DNA of 64,000 nt from Guillardia theta CCMP2712 (taxonomy: Eukaryota > Protista > Cryptophyta), in contig NW_005434656.1 in the NCBI RefSeq assembly GCF_000315625.1, positions 479,741 to 543,740 of the forward strand, written 5' to 3'. Made by a program: the position numbers and the translations under genes. The stretch's first letter is position 1. Each line of letters opens with the position of its first letter. Below, piece by piece: positions 25,572 to 35,936 of this stretch. A model generated the notes under the pieces. It was not told the origin of the DNA and did no database searches. It worked only from the letters and a program-made list of their open reading frames with translations.

Positions 25572-26779
25572 CCCCCCCTGTATCGATGACGCTCTGAAGA
25601 CCAGCTTCGTTCAGCATCGACCGAATCGTACGAGTAAGGTTGTCATGCGCCGTGGGAAGCTTGGAGGATCGGCCGCCCGGCGTTTGCAGGTCTGGAGATG
25701 ATGTGCAGCAACGGAGGGATCGAGCTCGCGCTGACATCCATCACATTCCGTCGGACACTGGCAGATCGGCATGCCATGGAGATAGCAGTCGAGCATCTGA
25801 GCATAGCGGTGCGGGAAGGCCTTGAGGGGGTAGTAGCTCGAGACTCGCATCGGAGAGTGGCTCAGGTCTCGCTCAGGAAAATGAGCGAAGATGGTAGACT
25901 GCAAGACCCTATCCTGCGACTTGAGCGAGTGTGTCCTGCGGCTGTGCAAGGTGAGGATATCACGCTGCTGATCGGTCAGCGCAGCGCGAGCATGCACATG
26001 GCGAGGGAAGACGCGCATGACAAGAGGAGTCACATTTCGCTGCGCAGGGGGAGGAATGAAGTGCTCATGAGACGAGTCGACGAGAGCGCGCAAACCAGGG
26101 ATGTGTACCACAGATGCCGGGGGGCGTCCTGCATCATCAGGCACAGCAGCCGGGGCAGGTGGGATCGCCGCACCATCTGCAGCCGGTGCAGGAGCCTTGA
26201 CACGACGGTAGAGGATCGCTCCAGCATTATGAACGAAGTCGTGCGCCTCAACGAAGAAGGTCGCCAGAGGATGCTTCTGGGCACGGAGAGATCTCGAGCA
26301 GTGAACGTCCAGGCTATGAGGAGAGGGCAAGGTCCGTGACATGGGCTGGTCAGAGTACCAAGCGAGGAAGCGAGCGATAGCCGTATAGTAAACAGCGGGG
26401 TGTAGACCCTCAGAGGGCGTGAACTCGTCCCCTCCCCGACTATGCGGAAGCTCCCGCTTGAACCTCGCAAACTCTAGCAGGTCGGGATGCGCGGCAAGGT
26501 ACTGCGAGGAAGGCCAGCGGTGGTATTTCTCAAGCGCCAGGTGGACAGAGAGGTCAAAGCGACGAATCTGTGATTGGACCCGCGGGAGAAACGGAGAAGA
26601 CCCCTGGAGGAAGAAGCGCAGCTTCTGAAGATGGCTCGCCCTCACCAGCGTCTTGAACATGAAGCCATGCTGGACGAGCCCGAGCTTCGAGAGCTCTTCG
26701 TTGAGGGTAGAAACCTTCGCTCGGAGCTGACTAGCATGAAATCCATCCGTGCCGATAGGCAGGCCGCCACTTGAAGTGT

Positions 26780-28110
26780 AATCCCGCCAGTGACGACCTC
26801 GAAGTGAAGAAGTTGAGTCTTGAGACGGCGCTTAAGGCTCTTCTTCAGCTGCGAGAGATCAGGGTGTTGATGCCAGGAGGGGATGTAAACTTTCGACTCG
26901 CGAGGTTGAATCTCTAGCTTCAGATCAGCTAACATGTACTTCTTCATAGCGGACGTAGCTGCAACGGCATCCTCGAGTGGACCGACAAGCACGACGTTGT
27001 CAGCATAGGCCAAGACTCGAACAGAGGGAAAAAGCTCTGCGATATGGAGGAGCAGGGGGTGGATACTGTGGCAGAAAAATACGCTGGAGGGGACATCGCC
27101 CTGACAGACGCCCGAGGTACACTGAACGGAGGCTGACTGACTTTTGTGAAAGAGTCGAAGGTCAGCAGAGTCTCCATAGTAGCTGGAGAGGTAGGAGGCG
27201 AACAATCGGAGATGCTCGCAAGAGGGCAAGCTTGCGCCTTCAGTGATGCTCCCATCAAAGTAGTCGCGACTCGCACGTCCCTCGATTGCATCGAAGAGAG
27301 CCTGGCGGTCGAGGGAGTTGAAGGCGTTCTTTGCATCCAAACTCACCAGCACTGTGGGGTTGGCAACATCCTCATCATCACCGCGAGCGTGAAGGGGCAG
27401 GAGCGCTGACGCGGTTTGCGAGAACTTCAGACAGCCGTCTCGATCGAGTCCGAACTGAATCGCTCGAGGGTGAGACGAGAGGAAGTGCTGGTCAAGAAAT
27501 GAGCGAATCGCTGCCAAAGCAAGCTTCGTCGCGAGTCGACGGTGTGCAGAACCGATGACAATTGGCCGGAGACCAGGTTTATCAGCTCCCTTGGAGAGGG
27601 GAATAAATCTGCCTCCTCGACGAATGGCTGACAGGGCAGGAATAAGAAGATCCGGCATTTGGCCAAGAAGGACCCCTTGGAGGATATGTTTGCAGTAGAG
27701 CTTCAAAGCTGCAGGATGACTAGAAAGGGGTGACAGGTGTTGCCGAATCCTCCACCCTTGGTCATCGGTCCCCGCAAAGGAGCTGTAGCGCTTGATCGCC
27801 TGGATCAGGCTAGTGGTGTCGAGGATGTCAGTCAAATCCACCTGCAGTACTGCAAGCGCTTGCTGGGTGAGATGATCCGCGGAAGCACTTCCAAAGGCAG
27901 GCGACGCACCATCAGGGAACTTCTCTTGTGCTTCAGCAAGAAGATCAGCGAAAGATTCAGCCCTGTAGATGCCGGAGCTCAGTAGTGTCCGTACCGCCCG
28001 ATGAAGGTCACCCGCAGTGAACTGATGAATCGCCAACTGTCTTTGGCGCTCGCTCGCAGAGGTGAGGGACAGCGTAGGTCGCGGCGGAGGAGCAGGCTCA
28101 GACTCCTGAG
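26780..28110 (-). pseudogene. Reverse transcriptase domain of the CRE-like element
   Basis: Core of ORF 26642-28336. A 5-bp insertion near 26770 shifts the frame; the copy at 30960-31030 reads GGITLGGLPIG without it. Confidence 0.85.
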
Positions 28111-28117
28111 ACGATAG

Positions 28118-29613
28118 ATAGGATTTACTGGCAGAAGATAAAAAGTGCCTCAAGCAAAACAAAGCAGGAACAAGCTGAACCGGCAGGTACACAGTCCACA
28201 GCGAGAAGCTGCACAAACACACACAAAACACAAGCCCGAAAAGAACCAGCACTGCTGGCACCCAGACGCGGCATCGCCAGCCCAAGCGAGAAGCCGCGCA
28301 GACAAGCAGCCTAAGGGTCAAGCAATCAAGCAACAAGCAGCAGGAGCATGCAGGAGGAATAAAATCCCTTACACGCGATACCCGGAGGCAGCCGACTGAC
28401 CACTGTCAGTCGAGACGTCCGCTGCCGCCACAAAGCGGGCGGCCGCGGACGGAGAAAGGGCAGCCGCCGACAAGGAGCCGGCGCTGCCCGGGTGTCCGCC
28501 TGGGGCAGCGGACGGAGGGAGGCTGGACACAGGAACACGGTACCGCTCGAGGTAGTCCTCCTCGCTAGCCTCCGAGTCAGCGGTAGCCAAGTCAGTGGTA
28601 GCCGCCCGTGACGGCGGCGACGCCGCGGCAATGCCCAAGGACCGGCGTGACCCGACCGATGCCGGGGAGGAAGCAGGCGAGCTCGGACCAGCAGCAAGCA
28701 CCCCAGTGGTGTCGAGCTCTCCGGAGGCACCCGACGTCACAGTGAGGGACGGAGACGCCTCGCCAGCTCCGCGCCGATCGTCGGGGCCACTCGAAGGGTG
28801 TCCCCCATCGGAGTCGGAGACCTCCGGCGAAGACTCCTCGGGCGACTCGACAAAGTCCGAGGAGGAGCTGTCCTCTGGCTCGAGAAGTGCTTGTGCCCGC
28901 AAGGGCGTCATGCGCCTCGCACCAGACAAGAGCGCATCCAGCGTCAGCTGCATGGTGAGGCGCTGATAGGTGGCGGCGCGTTTGCGAGCCAAGACCTCAG
29001 CAGCAGGGCCGTCATCAGGCACGAAGTGCCGACCAAACGCCGCATCCTCAAGAGGCATCGAGCGCTGAGCAATGAATAGGATATAGGATTTACTGGCAGA
29101 AGATAAAAAGTGCCTCAAGCAAAACAAAGCAGGAACAAGCGGAACCGGCAGGTACAATGATGTCCGCCAGATACCAGATGAAGCGGAGGGTGTCAGGATG
29201 CAGGGTACCGTCCGTCGAGATGGCAAGAGGGATGAACGCTCGAGGAGGAGTAGTCATGGCATATGCAGCGCGAGGTTTGCGAATCTTCTCAGACGCTGCA
29301 GCATGGAGGGCGTCGAGGTTGACCTCCCCCCACTTGGTCAGGTCGGCAGAGCTACCGATGTAAGGGTGGACCAACGTCACGTCCGCCATCAAGCCCTCGT
29401 ACTGCTCGGACCCTCGATCGCGGATTCCAGGGATGTGGATATCGCCCTTCATATCCAGTAAATCCTATATCTTGCGGCCATGAGGATGGGAGGGTACCTG
29501 CCGTCGAGAACGAGGATCCCCCACTGTATCGATGACACTCTGAAGACCAGCTTCGTTCAGCATCGACCGAATCGTACGAGTAAGGTTGTCATGCGCCGTG
29601 GGAAGCTTGGAGG
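28118..29613 (-). mobile_element. 5'-truncated copy C (RLE + tail + 3' UTR) containing inserts at 29076-29154 and 29453-29469
   Basis: Begins ATAGGATTTACTGG (reverse complement of the 3' end); near-identical to copy A over the shared region. Confidence 0.9.
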
Positions 29614-29618
29614 GAACC

Positions 29619-30637
29619 TCTCGACGGACGGTACCCTGCATCCTGACACCCTCCGCTTCATCTGGTATCTCGCGGACATCATTGCTCAGCGCTCAATGCC
29701 TCTTGAGGATGCGGCGTTTGGTCGGCACTTCGTGCCTGATGACGGCCCTGCTGCTGAGGTCTTGGCTCGCAAACGCGCCGCCACCTATCAGCGCCTCACC
29801 ATGCAGCTGACGCTGGAAGCGCTCTTGTCTGGTGCCAGGCGCATGACGCCCTTGCGGGCGCAAGCACTTCTCGAGCCAGAGGACAGCTCCTACTCGGACT
29901 TTGTCGAGTCGCCCGAGGAGTCTTCGCCGGAGGTCTCCGACTCCGATGGGGGACACCCTTCGAGTGGCCCCGACGATCGGCGCGGAGCTGGCGAGGCGTC
30001 TCCGTCCCTCACTGTGACGTCGGGTGCCTCCGGAGAGCTCGACACCACTGGGGTGCTTGCCGCTGGTCCGAGCTCGCCTGCTTCCTCCCCGGCATCGGTC
30101 GGGTCACGCCGGTCCTTGGGCATTGCCGCGGCGTCGCCGCCGTCACGGGCGGCTACCACTGACTTGGCTACCGCTGACTCGGAGGCTAGCGAGGAGGACT
30201 ACCTCGAGCGGTACCGTGTTCCTGTGTCCAGCCTCCCTCCGTCCGCTGCCCCAGGCGGACCCCCGGGCAACGCCGGCTCCTTGTCGGCGGCTGCCCTTTC
30301 TCCGTCCGCGGCCGCCCGCTTTGTGGCGGCAGCGGACGTCTCGACTGACAGTGGTCAGTCGGCTGCCTCCGGGTATCGCGTCTAAGGGATTTTCTTCCTC
30401 CTGCATGCTCCTGCTGCTTGTTGCTGGATTGCTTGACCCTTAGGCTGCTTGTCTGCGCGGCTTCGCGCTTGGGCTGGCGATGCCGCGTCTGGGTGCCAGC
30501 AGTGCTGGTTCTTTTCGGGCTTGTGTTTTGTGTGTGATTGTGCAGCTTCTCGCTGTGGACTGTGTACCTGCCGGTTCAGCTTGTTCCTGCTTTGTTTTGC
30601 TTGAGGCACTTTTTACCTTCTGCCAGTAAATCCTATA
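29619..30637 (+). mobile_element. 5'-truncated copy E, inverted relative to C
   Basis: STDGTLHPD...SGYRV* followed by a 3' UTR ending CAGTAAATCCTATA. Confidence 0.9.
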
Positions 30638-30641
30638 CTAT

Positions 30642-31124
30642 GCGGGGTGTAGACCCTCAGAGGGCGTGAACTCGTCCCCTCCCCGACTATGCGGAAGCTC
30701 CCGCTTGAAGCTCGCAAACTCTAGCAGGTCGGGATGCGCGGCGAGGTACTGCGAGGAAGGCCAGCGGTGGTATTTCTCAAGCGCCAGGTGGACAGAGAGG
30801 TCAAAGCGACGAATCTGTGATTGGACCCGCGGGAGAAACGGAGATGACCCCTGGAGGAAGAAGCGCAGCTTCTGGAGATGGCTCGCCCTCACCAGCGTCT
30901 TGAACATGAAGCCATGCTGGACGAGCCCGAGCTTCGAGAGCTCTTCGTTGAGGGTAGAAACCTTCGCTCGGAGCTGACTAGCATGAAATCCATCCGTGCC
31001 GATAGGCAGGCCGCCAAGTGTAATCCCGCCAGCTTCTCGCTGTGAACTGTGTGCCTGCCGGTTCAGCTTGTTCCTGCTTTGTTTTGCTTGAGGCACTTTT
31101 TATCTTCTGCCAGTAAATCCTATA
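30642..31124. mobile_element. Internal fragment F (minus, 30642-31032) joined to 3'-end fragment G (plus, 31030-31124)
   Basis: F duplicates 26395-26790; G is the last ~95 nt of the element; CAG microhomology at the join. Confidence 0.85.
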
Positions 31125-31126
31125 CT

Positions 31127-32745
31127 TCCACCCTTACATTGGTAGCTCTGCCGACCTGACCAGACTAATGGATTACCAAGTGGGGGGAGGTCAACCTCGA
31201 CGCCCTCCATGCTGCAGCGTCTGAGAAGATTCGCAAACATCGCGCTGCATATGCCATGACTACTCCTCCTCCTCCTCGAGCGTTCATCCCTCTTGCCATC
31301 TCGACGGACGGTATAGGATTTAGACTAGAATATAGGATTTACTGGCAGAAGATAAAAAGTGCCTCAAGCAAAACAAAGCAGGAACAAGCTGAACCGGCAG
31401 GTACACAGTCCACAGCGAGAAGCTGCACAAACACACACAAAACACAAGCCCGAAAAGAACCAGCACTGCTGGCACCCAGACGCGGCATCGCCAGCCCAAG
31501 CGAGAAGCCGCGCAGACAAGCAGCCTAAGGGTCAAGCAATCAAGCAACAAGCAGCAGGAGCATGCAGGAGGAATAAAATCCCTTACACGCGATACCCGGA
31601 GGCAGCCGACTGACCACTGTCAGTCGAGACGTCCGCTGCCGCCACAAAGCGGGCGGCCGCGGACGGAGAAAGGGCAGCCGCCGACAAGGAGCCGGCGCTG
31701 CCCGGGTGTCCGCCTGGGGCAGCGGACGGAGGGAGGCTGGACACATGAACACGGTACCGCTCGAGGTAGTCCTCCTCGCTAGCCTCCGAGTCAGCGGTAG
31801 CCAAGTCAGTGGTAGCCGCCCGTGACGGCGGCGACGCCGCGGCAATGCCCAAGGACCGGCGTGACCCGACCGATGCCGGGGAGGAAGCAGGCGAGCTCGG
31901 ACCAGCAGGATTTACTGGCAGAACGTAAAAAGTGCCTCAAGCAAAACAAAGCAGGAACAAGCTGAACCGGCAGGCACACAGTTCACAGCGAGAAGCTGCA
32001 CAAACACACACAAAACACAAGCCCGAAAAGAACCAGCACTGCTGGCACCCAGACGCGGCAGCGCCAGCCCAAGCGCGAAGCCGCGCAGACAAGCAGCCTA
32101 AGGGTCAAGCAATCCAGCAACAAGCAGCAGGAGCATGCATGAGGAATAAAATCCCTTAGACGCGATACCCGGAGGCAGTACCCTGCGGTTTAGCTTGTTC
32201 CTGCTTTGTTTTGCTTGAGGCACTTTTTACCTTCTGCCAGTAAATCCTACTACCGACACCGAATCCATTGTTACCGCTGCATCCTGACACCCTCCGCTTC
32301 ATCTGGTATCTGGCGGACATCATTGCTCAGCGCTCGATGCCTCTTGAGGATGCGGCGTTTGGTCGGCACTTCGTGCCTGATGACGGACCTGCTGCTGACG
32401 CATGTGGATTTAGTGGCAGAAGGTAAAATGCGCCTCAAGCAAAACAAAGCAGGAACAAGCTAAACCTCCAGGCACACAGCGCACAGCGAGAAGCTGCACA
32501 ATCACACACAAAACACAAGCCCGAAAAGAACCAGCTTGAGGCACTTTTTACCTTCAAGGCTGCCAGTAAATCCATTGTACTACCAGCACTGCTGAGGTCT
32601 TGGCTCGCAAACGCGCTGCCACCTATCAGCACCTCACTATGCAGCTGACCCTGGAGGCGCTCTTGTCTGGTGCGAGGTGCATGACGCCCTTGCGGGAACA
32701 AGCACTTCTCGAGCCAGAGGACAGCTCCTACTCGGACTTTGTCGA
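31127..32745 (+). mobile_element. Plus-strand RLE-region copy split by nested inserts I/J (31312-32178, minus), K (32187-32250, plus) and M/N (32406-32573)
   Basis: Host pieces 31127-31313, 32178-32186, 32277-32398 and 32589-32745 are collinear; TSDs GTA, CTGC and CTGCTGA. Confidence 0.85.
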
Positions 32746-33369
32746 TGTGATATCTGCGTGACTTTGGACTAGTACAAGTCTAACAAACTTGTATTCCGTC
32801 GGTTATGAGCCTAGGCATCTCCCCTTATCTCTGCACTGCACATCTAATAGCCCTGCATGAAAATCTTCTTCAGAATGGACAATCTTTGAATGGTTATTGC
32901 CCACTCAGCATGACTGTGAACTTGACGTTGTATCGTCGTATCTTGACTTGGATCTGCTGACATTCTCTTGTTTGAGTGACTTTCTGACGTCCGATGTAAC
33001 GTACTATTTCAGAAACTCGGGGGGAGGATGGAGCGTATGCCAGCCGTGCCAGTCAGATAGCGCCGAGTTAACAAAAACTCTGTAAACCAAGACGACTTAC
33101 GTGTCAAGGCGGCAATGTAGTACGTGTGATGAAGAGGAGGCCTTCCTAGCCGTCCGGTCTTGCTAAGGTCCCCTCATGTCTGGTTGCTTGGGTTTCACAT
33201 CCTAGCATACAGTCTATCTCTCATGTGCTCCTCAATTCTGGTTTTGTGTGCATTAAACTCGGTCTTGAGCAAAAACTGTCTTGTAAACTTGTATTCCGTC
33301 ACATGCACCAGTCCAGGTGGCGCCGCCAGCCGCTGAGCTGAGTTTGCGCATATGGTAAAACTTGAAGTG

Positions 33370-33742
33370 TCTCAAGCAGCTTGAAAATGAAGCCATGCCG
33401 CACTGCTGGACGAGCCCGAGCTTCCAGACTCTGGAAGAGCGGCTCCGATCGTTGAGGTTGCCAGGAAGACCGTACCTTCGCTCGGAGGAAAACCGGGCCA
33501 TCTGTGCCGATCGGATAGGCAGGCCTCCAAGTGTAATCCCGCCAGACACGACCTTGAAGTGAAGATGCTGAGTCTTGAGACCGTGCCAGACGGCGCGGCT
33601 TAAGGCTCGTAAACTTGAAACTTTCGACTCGCGGGGTTGAGTCTCAAGCTTCGAATCAGCCCGGCCACTGAACATGACTCAGTGATGTACTTCGAGTCTG
33701 CATACTATACTATGATAGCTGAGGTAGCTGCAACGGCATCCA
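33370..33742 (-). mobile_element. Older degenerate RT-region fragment of the same family
   Basis: Aligns by eye to 26640-26972 (ETQPRESKV, VVSGGITLGGLPI) with many small insertions. Confidence 0.8.
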
Positions 33743-33756
33743 ACTTGCTTCGAGGC

Positions 33757-33980
33757 TCGGCGCCCGTAGGCGGCCCTTACCGAGTCACGGTGGCGGCCAC
33801 CGGTCACCGGGTCGGGCACTGCGGCAAGCCTGTTTCTGCTCCGCTATGATACAAGATTTTTATATTCACGTCATGTGCCATTCAGTATTCAAAACTTGTT
33901 CTTTCAGTGGAGATGCCGCAGTGCCGTGCGGCGACTCGGCCGCCGGGCCGCAGCTCGCGGCCCGGGCCGGCCGGGCCCTC
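33757..33980. other. GC-rich island flanking the right side of the retrotransposon nest
   Basis: CCGG/GTCAC/GAGTC-rich. Confidence 0.55.
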
Positions 33981-34044
33981 CTCTGTTTTTCAGTCAACAA
34001 ACTTACAAGAACAATACCTGACAACCCTCGAGACGATCCTCGGA

Positions 34045-35851
34045 ATGGTCGCAACTGTTGTCATGGTGCTGGCTCTGGTGGCGGGGATGGTAGGAGGAGA
34101 AGGAGGAGGAGGAGGAGGAGGACAGAGCTTCATACACCCGAGCAACATTGTTGCTCGACCTCCTCGGTTTGACAAGAGAATGTTCTCTACCCCTCTCCCC
34201 TGGCGGCTTTGCGCCAAGGAAGTCGACAAACAGGGTAGCTTGCGACAGCGAAACTTGAAGATAGGAGGTGTTGGAGCAAAGAGCTTGAGGGAGAAACTCA
34301 CAACAAACAGGCAGGAGCATCTTTGTCCTCGAGCTTTCTCACACTAGCACAGCAGTCGATGCTTGGATCGAAAACCAGGTCGTTCACCCTCACTGCTCTC
34401 GTTCGGAATTCTGTTCCTTGCTCCCTATGATCTACCCCACCACCATCTTCGCCTTTAGCCCTCGATCCTCTCCGTTCTGTTTTGACATCTCATGTGCAAC
34501 CAGATGGCAACTGTGGATCCATTTGGGTTGGTTCTGTGGCCAGCAGCACAGGCACGGGAAAGATGGAGGGACAGAATAGGGGAGGGCAGAGGGAAGCGGA
34601 GTGAGCTGAGGGGCTAGGAGGAAGTAGAAGCCTGAGGAGCTAGAAGGAAATAGGAGCATGATCAAAATGTTCAGGCGATCTCACAGAAGCTCGTCAACAT
34701 GTCCTCGTCTCAAATCGACTTTCGGAATCTGACAGTCGTTGAGCTTGGAGCCGGAACAGGTTTCCTCTGGCCCCACCCCGCCCTTCCTTTCTTTCATTTC
34801 TTGTTCTCTTGGTCCCTTCCCTCTCTTTGTATGGCACTCCTACTCCTCTCATAGCTGTCTAACAACAAAAAATGTCTCCTCGTGCTCCTCTCCTCCTCGT
34901 GCTCCTCTCCTCGCATCTTTTCACCGACACATTCTAGGTCTGTGCTCCCTCGTTGCTGCCTCGCTTGGAGCGGATGCGATGGCGACAGACAGGAACGAGG
35001 AGACGCTCAGGCTAGTCGAGCTCGCTGCTTCGCGGTAACACAGAGACCCAGGAGAAAAGGCCAGTGACCCTCAGCTGCAGACAAGGACTAGAAGTGCGAA
35101 CGCAACACTTTGACATTATCGGGTTGAACCTGATCCTTCTTCTACGTCTTGCCTTCCTTCCCATTTCTTTGTTTCCCTCTCTCTCTCTCTCTGTCTCCCT
35201 CCCTCTCCCTCTTCCTCTGTTGACACCTCTTCAGAGGCGTTCCGCTCCCCAGCTGCCATGTTCTCCTTTCAGCTGATTGTATGTACAATGCTGAGGTGGC
35301 GAGGTGCCGGCGCTCGCGTGCGGCCCAAGGGAGCTGACGAGGCTGCAGGAACCTCGCGCGTCTTCTGGCCCGCGCGCATCAGAGGGGGATCAAGACGATA
35401 GTGAGAGTCGGGGAGTCTGCTCAAGGCTGACTTCCTGCTAAGGTGGCAGACAGTGTGAGGATTGCGAGGGAAGAGTTCGAGGATGAGGTAGCCGCGAGAA
35501 CGAGCACGCTCCTACTTGATAGCCTCACACCACCCTCATCTCTTCCTTCCTCCTTCTTCTGATGATCTCCATCCAGCTTTCTTCTCTCGGCGTCGCTTAC
35601 GAAGTGGAGGATTATCGCTTTACCTTCACAGGTGATGGTGCAAGGAGGGAGGGAGGGAGGGAGGGAGGGAGGGAGAGTGGGCGAGTGGTGAAGGGAGGGC
35701 GAGGAGGGAGGTTGGAGTCGTCGCATGAAAGGCTGCAGGTTCTGCCGTCAGCTTCGACGAGGATGTGACGCGTTCAGCTCTCGTCTCCTTCTTCAATTTT
35801 CTCCCCCTGGAGCCTGCAGTAGCTCCTGGAGGAAGCACATTGTCGCAGTAG
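34045..35851 (+). CDS. Class I SAM-dependent protein lysine methyltransferase (METTL21/Methyltransf_16 family), multi-exon
   Basis: TVVELGAGTG-LCSLVAASLGADAMATD and ADCMYN motifs across exons. Confidence 0.75.
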
Positions 35852-35936
35852 CTGCACGAGGGAGGCGGGAGGGAGGCAAGCTTTAATCGATGCACGGGCG
35901 ATGTTGACAGTAAGGCGTTGCCTTAGCCACCGCATT

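Larger units (their letters stand above)
24132..28113 (-). mobile_element. CRE/SLACS-clade non-LTR retrotransposon, longest copy (A); truncated at both ends, frameshifted, interrupted at 25011-25571
   Basis: RT motifs LRPIVIG, QFG, SLDAKNAFNSLDR, GVCQGD, AYADN, GGITL. CCHC knuckle CDGC-x-HHLQTC. RLE motifs AHDNL, KGD, ADVT, EKIRKH, FIPLAISTDG. Confidence 0.9.

Noticed and set aside
28114-28336. N-terminus of the 564-aa RT ORF (MLLDCLTL...)
   Set aside because: It is the 3' UTR of copy C fused to truncated copy A. ORFs 24120-25184 and 29480-30385 are similar junction chimeras.
30600-30637. U5 snRNA loop or SL RNA at the element 3' end
   Set aside because: GCACTTTTTAC is not the invariant U5 loop GCCTTTTAC, and no Sm site or spliced-leader structure was recognisable.
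25160-32573. LTRs or DIRS/Penelope-type terminal repeats; MPQAKQSRNK ORF family
   Set aside because: The repeat is the 3' UTR following the ORF stop. The RT is non-LTR type with RLE, and no integrase, tyrosine recombinase or GIY-YIG was seen. The small ORFs are antisense UTR readings.
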